DNA of 64,000 nucleotides from a virus (IMGVR_UViG_3300032116_000040:58085-122084), one strand, 5' to 3'. Numbered from the stretch's first letter, positions 1 through 9,580 are shown. Made by a program: numbers and translations. The notes: generated by a model not told the origin, from the sequence alone.

Positions 1-252
1 CTGTCTCTTTTCAATGGCTAATCTTTGAAAGTGATTTATTGCAGGGTTGTAGTATTTCATTAGGACCTGATCAACGTAAGTTATTTCACCTGATTTTTTA
101 AAGTACTTAAACTGATCGTCCGTCGTCTTTTTTAGACCAAAGAACGCACCGTCCATTTTTTCGTTGATTATAACGTAACCGTTAAGCAATCCATTTAAAA
201 AGTCTTCTCCCCTTTTTTCATAGATCTCCTTTAAATTGTTTATTCCTGCCAT
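1..252 (-). CDS. N-terminal fragment of a putative ATP-dependent polynucleotide (DNA/RNA) ligase-like protein; the rest lies beyond the left window edge
   Basis: Minus-strand ORF with ATG at about 250-252 that runs off the window. Translation MAGINNLKEIYEKRGEDFLNGLLNGYVIINEKMDGAFFGLKK... carries a K-x-D-G nucleotidyltransferase motif I about 30 aa from the N-terminus, as in minimal ligases (cf. T4 Rnl2 EKIHGTNF). Not in the ORF track because it is truncated. Confidence 0.3.
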   Translation of the reverse strand, partial: MAGINNLKEIYEKRGEDFLNGLLNGYVIINEKMDGAFFGLKKTTDDQFKYFKKSGEITYVDQVLMKYYNPAINHFQRLAIEKRQ

Positions 253-269
253 GTAATTAGCCTTTAGAT

Positions 270-833
270 TTATACTTCAACTTGCGATGATCCTGGTTTT
301 TCTTCAGCTGACGCTTCCCTAGTGGACTCAGCAGGCTTTTCTTCTGGTTTTGGAGCAGACATCGCTTTTCTAATGCTTATTGAATCGATACTAATCGAGA
401 TGCTTCTCAAGTTATCTGAATCCTCTGGGTTAGCCGTGAAATATTCGACAACTTTTTTCAAATTAACGTTATTCATCTCTTCTCCGAATCCTCCGGCATC
501 CTCTATCTTTTGTCTTAAGTTTTTAGCCGCTTTCCAAGTTCCGCCATAACTTAGGGACCAGCAATAGAACCTAACCTGCTCGTTTTTACTATTATAATAG
601 TGCACAATATCCTTAATTCTTTGAATGGCTCCGTTTGCATCTCTGTATGTTGTTGCTCGACCTAAGTTATCAGAAGGAACTCCAAATCTTACTTGATCTG
701 AAAGAACTTCCATTAGTTCTCCGATCCTAGTGATTAACTGATCTGAAGGATATCCCTTTAACGGAGAATTCGCCTCAGCCTCTTCTGCTTCCTTAATGTA
801 TTGTAAATAGCCTAGTGTATATTTGGTAGCCAT
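270..833 (-). CDS. hypothetical protein (187 aa), same operon as the kinase/phosphatase genes
   Basis: ORF track. ATAAATAA-type motif 16 nt upstream of the ATG. Confidence 0.5.
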   Translation of the reverse strand: MATKYTLGYLQYIKEAEEAEANSPLKGYPSDQLITRIGELMEVLSDQVRFGVPSDNLGRATTYRDANGAIQRIKDIVHYYNSKNEQVRFYCWSLSYGGTWKAAKNLRQKIEDAGGFGEEMNNVNLKKVVEYFTANPEDSDNLRSISISIDSISIRKAMSAPKPEEKPAESTREASAEEKPGSSQVEV

Positions 834-841
834 CCTAAAAT

Positions 842-860
842 ATTTTTTATTATTTATTAA
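842..860 (-). promoter_or_regulatory. late-promoter-like AATAAATAATAAAAAA motif upstream of 270..833
   Basis: The minus strand reads ...AATAAATAATAAAAAATATTTTAGG-ATG. It belongs to a motif family that recurs 16-20 nt upstream of many start codons in the window (see findings). Confidence 0.45.
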
Positions 861-862
861 GA

Positions 863-1462
863 TTATTTCCCGTTATTTATTAGACTGCTTAGTATTTGAT
901 TGAATTCATTACTGCTTTCATTGTTAAAGTGATTTATCACCCTTACAAAATCGTTATTTCTGCTTGAATCTGAGATCTCATATCTAAATTCTGAGAATAT
1001 TCTCTCAAAAAGTTCCTTTTCACGATTTACATTTTCAAAGTTACCAAAATAGTCCTTGTCCCTTTTAGTAATTTCAATATCCTCATCGCGTTCAACATAT
1101 AGGATTTTACTATTTTGATAAAGATTGCTGATCAAGATCTTTTGAAACTCGCTAAGCAATCTAAATTGATTCATTCTTTCTCGGTATATCGACCAGACGT
1201 ATGCTGAAAATATGCATCTATCAAAGATTAAGATGTGATCCTTCAGCAAAGTCTCATTTAGCTCAAGAATGGTAAGCACATTTGCAATGCTAAAATAGTG
1301 TACTCCTGGGCCAGATTCCTGATCTCGCATTCCAAGATCATCGATATGCTTAGCAAATTGAAACTTATAATAGTGAACATTTGGATTAGTGTTCTGTTCA
1401 AAGAACCTATCGATTAGGAATGTTTTGCCACTATGTCGGTGGCCCTCGATCATAATTATCAT
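863..1462 (-). CDS. P-loop kinase; candidate polynucleotide kinase (Pnk kinase-domain-like)
   Basis: Walker A GHRHSGKT near the N-terminus. A 4-nt ATGA overlap couples it to the upstream HAD phosphatase gene. Confidence 0.45.
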   Translation of the reverse strand: MIIMIEGHRHSGKTFLIDRFFEQNTNPNVHYYKFQFAKHIDDLGMRDQESGPGVHYFSIANVLTILELNETLLKDHILIFDRCIFSAYVWSIYRERMNQFRLLSEFQKILISNLYQNSKILYVERDEDIEITKRDKDYFGNFENVNREKELFERIFSEFRYEISDSSRNNDFVRVINHFNNESSNEFNQILSSLINNGK

Positions 1463-2049
1463 ATCAATTCAATTCTTCTTGGATGACCTGCACTAAAATC
1501 GTAAAGTGCTATTACTTTAGACTTATCGACAAATTGCATGTCTAGGGTGATTAGATCGCTTAGGCTAGTAAAGGATCGGTGTATCTTACGAGTATATTCA
1601 TAAAAGAACTCCTGATATTTCCTTAGCTGTTCTAGCGAATCTTCATATACTACTATATCTTTTACGTTAGGTAAACGAATAAGTTCTTTTTCAAGAATAG
1701 AAATCTTTTCACAAAGCCGACCTAGGAAATAACTTGTATCAAAGGTTATTCCATGCTTGTCCAATAGCTTTTCTGCACAGGGTCTAAGCTCTTCAGTTCT
1801 GTGAGTTATCAAGATCGTTCGTGTATTTGGATCCTGTGAAGCCTTTTTCCAATCTTCATACACAGTTCCGATCAGCTGAATGTTATGAATCTCTGGATCC
1901 ATTGAGGTGGGGTGATCGTAAAACGAATAAGGGGTTGGAAAATTAAGCTCAGGGTGTAATCTTTCTACTGAAAACCTATCAGTATATCCTGGCATTCTAA
2001 ACATAGTCTCATCAAAATCAAAGACTACTAGTCGAGTTATATCTTTCAT
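1459..2049 (-). CDS. HAD-family phosphatase resembling the 3'-phosphatase domain of T4 polynucleotide kinase
   Basis: DxDxT motif VVFDFDETMF near the N-terminus. A second HAD motif ILITHRTE (cf. T4 Pnk VIFDVDGTLA / VVVSGRES). Confidence 0.5.
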   Translation of the reverse strand: MKDITRLVVFDFDETMFRMPGYTDRFSVERLHPELNFPTPYSFYDHPTSMDPEIHNIQLIGTVYEDWKKASQDPNTRTILITHRTEELRPCAEKLLDKHGITFDTSYFLGRLCEKISILEKELIRLPNVKDIVVYEDSLEQLRKYQEFFYEYTRKIHRSFTSLSDLITLDMQFVDKSKVIALYDFSAGHPRRIELI

Positions 2050-2062
2050 AGTATATTTTATT
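2049..2062 (+). promoter_or_regulatory. TAGTATATT -10-like box upstream of 2093..2584
   Basis: Member of the recurring TTTAGTATAATA motif family. Confidence 0.35.
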
Positions 2063-2092
2063 GATAAATAATAAAAAGTTTTATCCTAAAGC

Positions 2093-2584
2093 ATGACTAG
2101 ATACATTAAACTTTATGAAGATTATCAAAGGGACATAGCAAAAAACTCCGATGAAACCAGTCATACTTGGACTCAAATTAGGGATGCTATCCAAACCAAG
2201 ATACCATTCGTAATAATCACCTTTAAAAACAGCGAAAGTTATAACTCTGCTCTAGACTCAGATCTTATGGAGGACGATTTCATAAAACAAACCGCTGCGA
2301 TTAGCCACGACGGTAAGTTATTAGATTATCCTTCAGTCTTCATGATACTAGATGATGACGTTCGCTTTAAGAATAAGATACCACAAATTTTTGAGAAATA
2401 TAAAGTTAAGAACCTAATTCTTGGTAAAAAGGGTGAAGAATACATTGACTACTATTATGAGGATGGGTCGACCTCTCCTGCAGGTAATGAGGTAGTATCC
2501 TCCATAAGCAAGGACGACATGGAAAACGATGAACACTTTAAAATAGGTTCAACTTATTACAAGTTCATTGATTTTGAAGGTTAA
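2093..2584 (+). CDS. hypothetical protein (163 aa)
   Basis: ORF track. N-terminus MTRYIKLYEDY resembles MKYIKLYEDF of the 46133..46651 protein. Confidence 0.5.
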   Translation: MTRYIKLYEDYQRDIAKNSDETSHTWTQIRDAIQTKIPFVIITFKNSESYNSALDSDLMEDDFIKQTAAISHDGKLLDYPSVFMILDDDVRFKNKIPQIFEKYKVKNLILGKKGEEYIDYYYEDGSTSPAGNEVVSSISKDDMENDEHFKIGSTYYKFIDFEG

Positions 2585-2628
2585 ACTTTTGTTCTCAATT
2601 TAGTATAAAAGATAAATTTTCCATCAAC

Positions 2629-3063
2629 ATGAACGAGGAGACAAAATCAAAGATTTCTAAAAAATTTCAAGATCGTAGATCTGAAGTATCCAAAGAGATT
2701 TATGAGAATATCGAAAAGCTTTCTAACCTAAAGACTCTAAAGGAGGCTCAAGTAAACATGCTTTCCCTTCGACAGAGGCTATTGGAAGATAATCATACTC
2801 TGCTCGAACACATAACGGTTCTTCGTAAGAAATATCGAGACGAGCGCTCTCTTGAAATGGAGAACATCTCTAGAAACCTACAGATACGATATCAAGCCAA
2901 TGAAAAATCAGTGGTGATTGAAGGTCGAACATCATTGACAAAAGAATCGCTAGAAATATTTGAAAATCAAATTTCATTTTTTAATGAATCAATCAAGACC
3001 ATCGATAATATCATCTTTGGTATAAAGACTAGGCTAGATATCGAAAAGACTCTTGGTCTATAA
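2629..3063 (+). CDS. hypothetical coiled-coil protein (144 aa)
   Basis: ORF track. Heptad-like charged sequence. Confidence 0.45.
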   Translation: MNEETKSKISKKFQDRRSEVSKEIYENIEKLSNLKTLKEAQVNMLSLRQRLLEDNHTLLEHITVLRKKYRDERSLEMENISRNLQIRYQANEKSVVIEGRTSLTKESLEIFENQISFFNESIKTIDNIIFGIKTRLDIEKTLGL

Positions 3064-3077
3064 AATAACGCGCATCT

Positions 3078-4652
3078 GTGTTAAGTTTTAAAGTAACTCC
3101 AGATAAAAAATTTATTAAGCTTGTCGATTCAACTCTAAACAGTGAGCGAACAAGCCTATTTAAGTTCTTTAAAAGAAAATCTAAAAAAGCAGCATTCAAT
3201 GTATTAGTTGATCGAGGTATCTGGGACGGCCTTGACTCCTTTATCACCAAGGACGGTCACATTGCGATAGGTCTATGGAAGGAAGTTTATAACTTTGCCG
3301 ATAAGTATGGATACGACTGCGAGATCGAAGGATCTGAAGGATTCGTCAATAACAAGTTAGACAAGTCCAAGTACTTAAAGTACGTTGAAGATCTTCTTGA
3401 AGGAATAGTCGATGAAAGAGGATTCCCAATAGTTCCTCGAGATTATCAGATTGAGGGTGCGTTTAGAGCAATCAAATATAAGTTCTGTACCCAAGAACTA
3501 GCGACCTCTGCTGGAAAGACTCTCATCTTTTTTATCTATAATTCATTTTTACGAGATGGAGGAAAGATCACTAAGGACTCGAAATCACTAATCATAGTGC
3601 CTAACATTTCACTGGTCGGTCAGACTGCTGAAAAATTTGAGATGTACGCTCAACCTGGAAGGGAATGGAGCGTGTGTACCATTGGAGGAAAAGATAAATT
3701 TACCCAAGAGAGATTCGATGAGGCTGAGGTAGTCATTTCGACATATCAAAGCCTAATAAATCTGCCAGTCGAGGTCTTTAGAAAGTTTTCAATCGTTCAG
3801 GTTGATGAGGTTCACAAGTCTAAGGGTAATTCCATTCGAGAGATCCTCCTCTCTTGTGTCAATTGGGAATATCGATTGGGTCTTTCAGGAACAGTAAAGC
3901 TTGATGAGCAGTTTTCTGATTTTTTTAAGGTTCAAGAAAATGTTGGTCCTCTAGTGATGGTGCTCTCTGCCAAACATCTAATCGATCACGGTTACTCGCC
4001 AAACATCAAGATCAAAGTAGTTAATCTTAAGTATGATGAGAGCGAGCCGATGATTCAAAAATACTGGCACTTAAAGGAGACGGGTAAGCAGATGTACAAC
4101 AATCCAAAGGACTTTGGGCGAGACATGTTGGCGATAGAAAAAGGAATCATCTTTGAAAGCAAGGAGAGATTAGATTTTATTAGTGATCTTGCTAAAAAAT
4201 TCGGTAAAAACTCACTGATCCTTTTTTCTGATGTCAAGAACGGTTACGGTAAGATGATTCAATCTAAGCTATTGGAATGGAATCCTAACACTTTTTACAT
4301 CGACGGCGAAGTTGATTCAAAGGAAAGAGACAGATTTAAAGATATACTTGAATCTCAAGATGATGTGATCCTAGTCGCTTCGTTTGGGACTTTTGCTACT
4401 GGAATCGACTCTAAGAATCTGCATCATATAATTTTAGCAGAATCTATTAAAGCTGAGGTGACTCTGCGTCAAGCGATAGGTCGAGGCATGCGTAAATTAG
4501 CTGAAAAGACTAAGGTTTTAGTCTGGGATCTGGTTGACCAACTAGATGGTTATTCTATCCGACACTCAAAGGTCAGGAAGGAAATCTATCGAGAACAAAA
4601 GTTTGAGGTTTCTGAAAATAAAGTAGACTTAACAAAAAAGCGACCCAACTGA
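3078..4652 (+). CDS. uvsW: UvsW-like SF2 DNA helicase
   Basis: Motif I LATSAGKTLIFF, LIIVPNISL, motif II QVDEVHKS, C-terminal HIILAESIKAEVTLRQAIGRGMRK...LVWDLVD. Each block aligns with T4 UvsW (LPTSAGKSLI, LIIVPTTAL, HVVLAHGVKSKIIVLQTIGRVLRK...TVWDLID). Confidence 0.8.
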   Translation: MLSFKVTPDKKFIKLVDSTLNSERTSLFKFFKRKSKKAAFNVLVDRGIWDGLDSFITKDGHIAIGLWKEVYNFADKYGYDCEIEGSEGFVNNKLDKSKYLKYVEDLLEGIVDERGFPIVPRDYQIEGAFRAIKYKFCTQELATSAGKTLIFFIYNSFLRDGGKITKDSKSLIIVPNISLVGQTAEKFEMYAQPGREWSVCTIGGKDKFTQERFDEAEVVISTYQSLINLPVEVFRKFSIVQVDEVHKSKGNSIREILLSCVNWEYRLGLSGTVKLDEQFSDFFKVQENVGPLVMVLSAKHLIDHGYSPNIKIKVVNLKYDESEPMIQKYWHLKETGKQMYNNPKDFGRDMLAIEKGIIFESKERLDFISDLAKKFGKNSLILFSDVKNGYGKMIQSKLLEWNPNTFYIDGEVDSKERDRFKDILESQDDVILVASFGTFATGIDSKNLHHIILAESIKAEVTLRQAIGRGMRKLAEKTKVLVWDLVDQLDGYSIRHSKVRKEIYREQKFEVSENKVDLTKKRPN

Positions 4653-4686
4653 GTCGCTTTTATTTTTAATTAAATTAAATTTTTAA

Positions 4687-5061
4687 TTAATACATTTTAG
4701 GTTGAAACTTTCTCATACCTTGAGTCAAAGGTTCTGCGAAGTTTTTATAGAAGCTTGACTTGTAGAACTTGGATGGAGTAGGTCTAAATAACATGACGAT
4801 ATTGCCAGTTCTTCCTTGCTCAATGCTAATTTTTCCATCATAGTCATGTTGTTCAGCCTGTCTAATAACTGACTCAACTGAATTATATAAATCTGCATCA
4901 GTTAGTCCTTCTTCTTCTAACGCGTCGTCGATCTTTCTGATCAAATCCATTTTTCTAAGCTCTAGATCTTTTTCACTAGGTCCAAAAAGGCTCTCTTGTA
5001 CTTCTGAATGTCTGCGACTCTCATTGATAAATTGATTAAAAGTCTTTATTTGATTTTTCAT
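4687..5061 (-). CDS. hypothetical protein with capsid-targeting-sequence-like N-terminus (MKNQIKTFNQFINE)
   Basis: ORF track. N-terminal motif family. AAATAAATAAATAAAAATAAAAG motif upstream at 5071-5093. Confidence 0.5.
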   Translation of the reverse strand: MKNQIKTFNQFINESRRHSEVQESLFGPSEKDLELRKMDLIRKIDDALEEEGLTDADLYNSVESVIRQAEQHDYDGKISIEQGRTGNIVMLFRPTPSKFYKSSFYKNFAEPLTQGMRKFQPKMY

Positions 5062-5084
5062 AATACTCTTGCTTTTATTTTTAT

Positions 5085-5843
5085 TTATTTATTCAACTTC
5101 TCGTTATTTTCGATCTTTTCAAAAACTTCTTCTATTTTTTTAATTATTGGGTGACGTACAATATCCTCGTTTGAAAGTTGAGCTATTCCTATCTCCTCGA
5201 TCTCAACAAAATACTCCATCAGGATCTCAAGAGCGCTTTTTTGTCCTTTGTTTACTGATTTTTGCTTAATATCTCCCAAGAAAACCATTTTAGAATCATT
5301 TCCGATCCTAGTTATGAGAGTATGAAGATGGTCCTTTGCGATCTGTTGAGCTTCGTCGACCAGGATTATTGCATTGTCTAGAGTTACGCCCAATGCAAAT
5401 TTGATAGGCAAGATCTCAATCGCCCCATTCGCTTTTAACGACTCAGTAGCCTGTTTACCTATTACTTTGTGAAAATTTGAGATGAATGGATACATGTACA
5501 TCTCCATTTTTTCTTCTAGCGTTCCTTTTAAATATCCGATCTCCTCGTCCTTGGGCACGTTAACTGATTTTATTAAGATGATCTTTTTGTAGGTTCCAGG
5601 ATCCTCCTTTAAGTACTTGAGAGCTCGAGCACAAGAAAGATAAGTCTTACCTGTTCCTGGAGGACCGGTCACGATAGAGATATCGTGGTTTTCTATCGCA
5701 TTCATCGCGTCCTTTTGAGCTTTAGATCTGCATTTTATCTCTATTTTATTAGTAAACATTTTTGCAGTCGTTAGTGCCTCTCGCTCTCTTTGCCAAGTTT
5801 CAATATCCTCTAATTCCTCTTTACTTAATCTTTTTTTTGCCAT
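5085..5843 (-). CDS. phoH: PhoH-like ATPase
   Basis: Walker A GPPGTGKT and Walker B ILVDEAQ. Size and architecture typical of PhoH, which is common in T4-like phages. Confidence 0.85.
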   Translation of the reverse strand: MAKKRLSKEELEDIETWQREREALTTAKMFTNKIEIKCRSKAQKDAMNAIENHDISIVTGPPGTGKTYLSCARALKYLKEDPGTYKKIILIKSVNVPKDEEIGYLKGTLEEKMEMYMYPFISNFHKVIGKQATESLKANGAIEILPIKFALGVTLDNAIILVDEAQQIAKDHLHTLITRIGNDSKMVFLGDIKQKSVNKGQKSALEILMEYFVEIEEIGIAQLSNEDIVRHPIIKKIEEVFEKIENNEKLNK

Positions 5844-5846
5844 GTG

Positions 5847-6473
5847 TTAATATATTTTAGCTGCAATCACGATCCCTAGTAGGATCTTTATATAGTGGAT
5901 TTGAAAATTAAGAAAAGCTGTCGCTACTTTAAATTGTTTTTCTGAAAATTCAGTGGATTTTAACGCAGATTCGCTTAGTTTTTGCAAAGCCAATTTTACC
6001 TTTGAAGGAAGGACCGTCTCATAGATCAAAATAAAATCAGAGATGACGTCGCCTACATCAAACTCAGTAAAGTTTTCACAATCCAATAATCGAATGAATT
6101 TTTTACCCACTCGAATTGCCTTTATTTTTTCAATCAAGTTATCACTTTCCAGAGATAGGTCCAATAGAAGTCGAAGTTTATCCATCTTTTTAATCTTATT
6201 AGATTCTTGGGCAATCCACTCAATGTCATCTTTATAGATTGAGATAGTTACGTTTGAGTCGGATTCAGGATAATCAAAATTAACGATAGCTGATGTTCCG
6301 GTGTCGCCGAATGCATTGATTAGGATCGGAGATATTCCTAACGAAACAAAACTACTGCCTTTTTCTACAACAGTAATCTCATAATCAGGAAAAGGAAATT
6401 CTGCCATAAATGGAAGAACCTTCCTTAGGTCCAATAGTTTTCCCTCCGCCTCTTTGTAGTTATGGTCTTCCAT
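5847..6473 (-). CDS. hypothetical protein (about 208 aa from the internal ATG; the track ORF extends to 6509 with a GTG start)
   Basis: The ATAAATAA-type motif TTTTTATTATTTATTTT lies at about 6484-6500. That is inside the 6509-start version but upstream of the internal ATG at about 6471-6473, so I prefer the shorter start. Confidence 0.45.
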   Translation of the reverse strand: MEDHNYKEAEGKLLDLRKVLPFMAEFPFPDYEITVVEKGSSFVSLGISPILINAFGDTGTSAIVNFDYPESDSNVTISIYKDDIEWIAQESNKIKKMDKLRLLLDLSLESDNLIEKIKAIRVGKKFIRLLDCENFTEFDVGDVISDFILIYETVLPSKVKLALQKLSESALKSTEFSEKQFKVATAFLNFQIHYIKILLGIVIAAKIY

Positions 6474-6622
6474 AGCTATCTTCTTTTTATTATTTATTTT
6501 GAAATCCACTCGATCTTGTATGGATGATCTCTCGATAGATTCAAACAGACCATAAAATCCTCATGAAAAAATAGTATCTTATCACCATTAAACCAGTTTT
6601 TAAAAATAAAGTATAAAACTAC

Positions 6623-8056
6623 ATGGAAAACAAAGAAAAACAAATTAAAAAATTAGACCTTAAACAGAATGCGATTAAGATCTTAATTAACTCTATTTAT
6701 GGTGCCTTTGGAAACAAGTGGTTCTATTTTTACAATCCAGATATTGCGCAGTCCATCACTTTACAGGGACAGGATCTAATTAAGTTTTCAATTAAAGCAG
6801 TAAATCACTATTTTTTAGAAAAATGGCATCTTGATACTGAGTTACATCAAAAATTAGGAATCGATGGATATACTATTAATAAGATAGAAGACGAGGCTGC
6901 GATCTACACAGATACTGATTCAATCTATGTCCAGTTTGACTCTGCACTTGACTCAATAGTAGGGGCTAGCTTTACAAAAGACGAAGCATTGAATATATGT
7001 ATCAACATCGATCGATATCGACTCTCTAATTACTTTGATATTTGTTTTGAAAAATATGGGCGTCTGTTTAATACTAAGAATCGACTTAAGTTCAAATTAG
7101 AAAACCTTTCTGAGACTGGAATCTGGCTTAAAAAGAAGAACTATGCCATTCGAGTCGCATACGAACCCAATCCAAACTATGAGCTTGAGCCTCAACAAAA
7201 AAGGTATCTAATAATCAAGGGTCTTGAACCAGTAAAAGGATCATATCCAATCTGGGCTAGAGAAAAGCTAATCGATCTCACGTCTTTCATTATGGATCGA
7301 GGTAAACGTCTTGATATTGAAAAAGATATCGTGCCTCGACTTACTGCTCTTAAAAATGAAGCTCTTTCCCTGCATCCTGACGATCTTGCATTTAACTTTA
7401 ATATCAGAATATACAATAAATACGTTGCTAGTGAAGAGAGATTGGAACTTAAAAAAGGAATTTCCATCTTCCCTAGGGCAGCCGCCATCTATAATCACAT
7501 CCTGATCAAGACGGGACTTGTTGAAAAATACCCTAAGATTAGAGAAAAGGACAAGATCAAGTTTTATTATTGCAATCCTGAAACAAATGATGGAGGTCAC
7601 GACGTCTTTGCATATTCTCCTGGAACATATCCGGATGAAATCGCTCTGCTGATGGATATCGATGCTCAATTCTTTTCGCTAATAGTCGAACCTGTCAATC
7701 GTCTTCTTACTGCAATGAAGATGAGTTCGCTCGATATCAATCTAAAAAGGTCAGTCGATGTCGTCACAGTAAAGAGCAAAAAGGTTTTAACTGATGCTGA
7801 GATTTATCCTTTATACATCGTTGATCAAGAGACATTGGAATACGTTGAGGTTCCAGAGAAATTTTGGAAGATGATCGGTAACCCCGATGCTGAAATTCCA
7901 GAAGAAGATTTTCAAGAATATTTGGGAGTCATCACACGATATGGTCTAAACACAACGATTGTGCCCAAGCCGGAACTAGATAAGTACTTGAAGAGAATGA
8001 CTAAGAAAAAGGAGAAAAATAATCCTGTTCTTGAATTAGAGGAAGAAAATGATTAA
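6623..8056 (+). CDS. 43: family B DNA polymerase, C-terminal (palm/fingers/thumb) segment only; gp43B-like split polymerase
   Basis: KILINSIYGAFGN (KxxxNSxYG motif B) and AIYTDTDSIYV (YGDTDS motif C), close to T4 gp43 KIMLNSLYGALGN / YGDTDS. The ORF starts just before motif B. No exonuclease or motif A region lies upstream. Confidence 0.8.
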   Translation: MENKEKQIKKLDLKQNAIKILINSIYGAFGNKWFYFYNPDIAQSITLQGQDLIKFSIKAVNHYFLEKWHLDTELHQKLGIDGYTINKIEDEAAIYTDTDSIYVQFDSALDSIVGASFTKDEALNICINIDRYRLSNYFDICFEKYGRLFNTKNRLKFKLENLSETGIWLKKKNYAIRVAYEPNPNYELEPQQKRYLIIKGLEPVKGSYPIWAREKLIDLTSFIMDRGKRLDIEKDIVPRLTALKNEALSLHPDDLAFNFNIRIYNKYVASEERLELKKGISIFPRAAAIYNHILIKTGLVEKYPKIREKDKIKFYYCNPETNDGGHDVFAYSPGTYPDEIALLMDIDAQFFSLIVEPVNRLLTAMKMSSLDINLKRSVDVVTVKSKKVLTDAEIYPLYIVDQETLEYVEVPEKFWKMIGNPDAEIPEEDFQEYLGVITRYGLNTTIVPKPELDKYLKRMTKKKEKNNPVLELEEEND

Positions 8057-9185
8057 CCTATTGACTGGATACAACATACACCAATTCATAAAAGATCTCT
8101 TAAAAAAGAGGTTTCCCGAAGATCGATTTAAGCAAGAAGTATACGAGTCTGGCGATAAAATTAATTTTGCTTGTCCATATTGCGGAGACTCCAAATCCGA
8201 TTCTCGAAAAAAGAGAGGAAACTTATATCCTGATCGTAGCTTCTATAAGTGTTATAATGATGGTTGTGGAGTAAAGGTAGATCTCACTAAGTTTATTTCA
8301 AAGTTTTCTCTTAAATATTCGTTGGGTGTTCCTGACATAAAGTCTCCTGAAGTAAAATGGACTCCTCAGACGACTAGGAAGAAGAGAGGCTCGCTCATAG
8401 AATTTTTAATTAGTAAGAACGTCGGTGACCACCTGCTAAGAATAGATGCAATGGTTGACCGTTTTTCGCTGTCTCCGTGCTGTGAGGCTGATGCTGACTC
8501 AAGAGTCGGCTCCTTCATCCGAAATCGAAGCCTGCTAGACCTTCCTCTTTTTAATGAGTGTGCATACTTTGACTCTCGAGACGATAAGATCTATTTATTT
8601 AATATTGATCTCAAGTCAGGTAAGGTCCTAGGATTCGCGATACGTCGAATCGGAGAAGATGTAATTGGACCAAAATACCTGATTAAAAACTACTCTGAAC
8701 TAAAGAAGAACGGTCTTGTTCGAAACGTTGAAGACGATATCGTTTCTGATATCGATTCGATCAACAACTATTTTAATGTGCTAAATGTCGATTTCTCAAA
8801 ACCCATTCTAGTGACTGAGGGCCAGATTGATGCGATGTTTTTAAATAACTCGATTGCAACGACTGGCATCTCCAAGAGCAAGCTGTTACTTGAAAACCTA
8901 TTAAGTAAATCAAATACTTTGATCCTATTTGATAGTGATGTTGCGGGTAAGACACAATCGGTCGACTTGATTAAAAAGGGATATCGAGTATTTTTATGGA
9001 ATAAGATGATGGCAGATCTTCGAAAAAAGTACAATGCGGATTATCGGAACGTTAGACTCATTAAGGATGTGAATGACCTATATTCGTTCATGCTTAAGCA
9101 CGATAGCTCCCTCACGTTCGACTCCTTCAATGCAACAGTTTTACAATACTTTTCTGAATCTCCATTAGATTTGCTCTATGTTTAA
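8049..9185 (+). CDS. 61: DNA primase, gp61/DnaG-like (zinc ribbon + Toprim)
   Basis: FACPYCGDSKSD...YKCYNDGCG matches T4 gp61 FRCPVCGDSKTD...CYNCNY. Toprim ILVTEGQIDAM and LILFDSDVAG. 8-nt overlap with the polymerase gene. Confidence 0.75.
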   Translation: MINLLTGYNIHQFIKDLLKKRFPEDRFKQEVYESGDKINFACPYCGDSKSDSRKKRGNLYPDRSFYKCYNDGCGVKVDLTKFISKFSLKYSLGVPDIKSPEVKWTPQTTRKKRGSLIEFLISKNVGDHLLRIDAMVDRFSLSPCCEADADSRVGSFIRNRSLLDLPLFNECAYFDSRDDKIYLFNIDLKSGKVLGFAIRRIGEDVIGPKYLIKNYSELKKNGLVRNVEDDIVSDIDSINNYFNVLNVDFSKPILVTEGQIDAMFLNNSIATTGISKSKLLLENLLSKSNTLILFDSDVAGKTQSVDLIKKGYRVFLWNKMMADLRKKYNADYRNVRLIKDVNDLYSFMLKHDSSLTFDSFNATVLQYFSESPLDLLYV

Positions 9186-9210
9186 ATAAATAATAAAAAA
9201 TTAAAACTTC

Positions 9211-9519
9211 ATGAAAAGAGTAATGTCTTTTAGAGAATATAAACTAAATGAAATGGAAGAATCTGAAATTCCATTTGAGATCGATGAATCTTTGTTCGAT
9301 GAACTAGTTGAGCTAGTCGGTTCAGAGGAAGACATCGAAGAGGCAGCTGAGGGCGCTTATTCTGATCTTGCAGAAGCAGCAGAAAAAGGAGACGTTGAAA
9401 TGTCAGAAGACGACATGCCAGAAAAACTGGCGATCGCTGCACTATTGGTAAAACTAGTAGAAAAAGGAAAGCTTGGTCCAGACGACGCTGATGGACTAAT
9501 CGAAAAATACTTAGGATAA
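9211..9519 (+). CDS. small acidic hypothetical protein (102 aa)
   Basis: ORF track. AAATAAATAATAAAAAA motif upstream at about 9186-9205. Confidence 0.5.
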   Translation: MKRVMSFREYKLNEMEESEIPFEIDESLFDELVELVGSEEDIEEAAEGAYSDLAEAAEKGDVEMSEDDMPEKLAIAALLVKLVEKGKLGPDDADGLIEKYLG

Positions 9520-9550
9520 TCTTAATTTTGACATATTAAGAGTTTGCTTG

Positions 9551-9580
9551 ACCCGCCACCTAACCGAGGCGGGTTTTTTA
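9551..9580 (+). terminator. rho-independent terminator
   Basis: CCCGCC (9552-9557) / GGCGGG (9568-9573) stem followed by a TTTTTT run. Confidence 0.6.

Noticed and set aside
7192-7669. Minus- and plus-strand ORFs (7192..7488, 7268..7669, 7311..7505) inside the DNA polymerase gene
   Set aside because: They are antisense or overlapping within a gene with unambiguous gp43 motifs. These are spurious ORFs of an AT-rich sequence.
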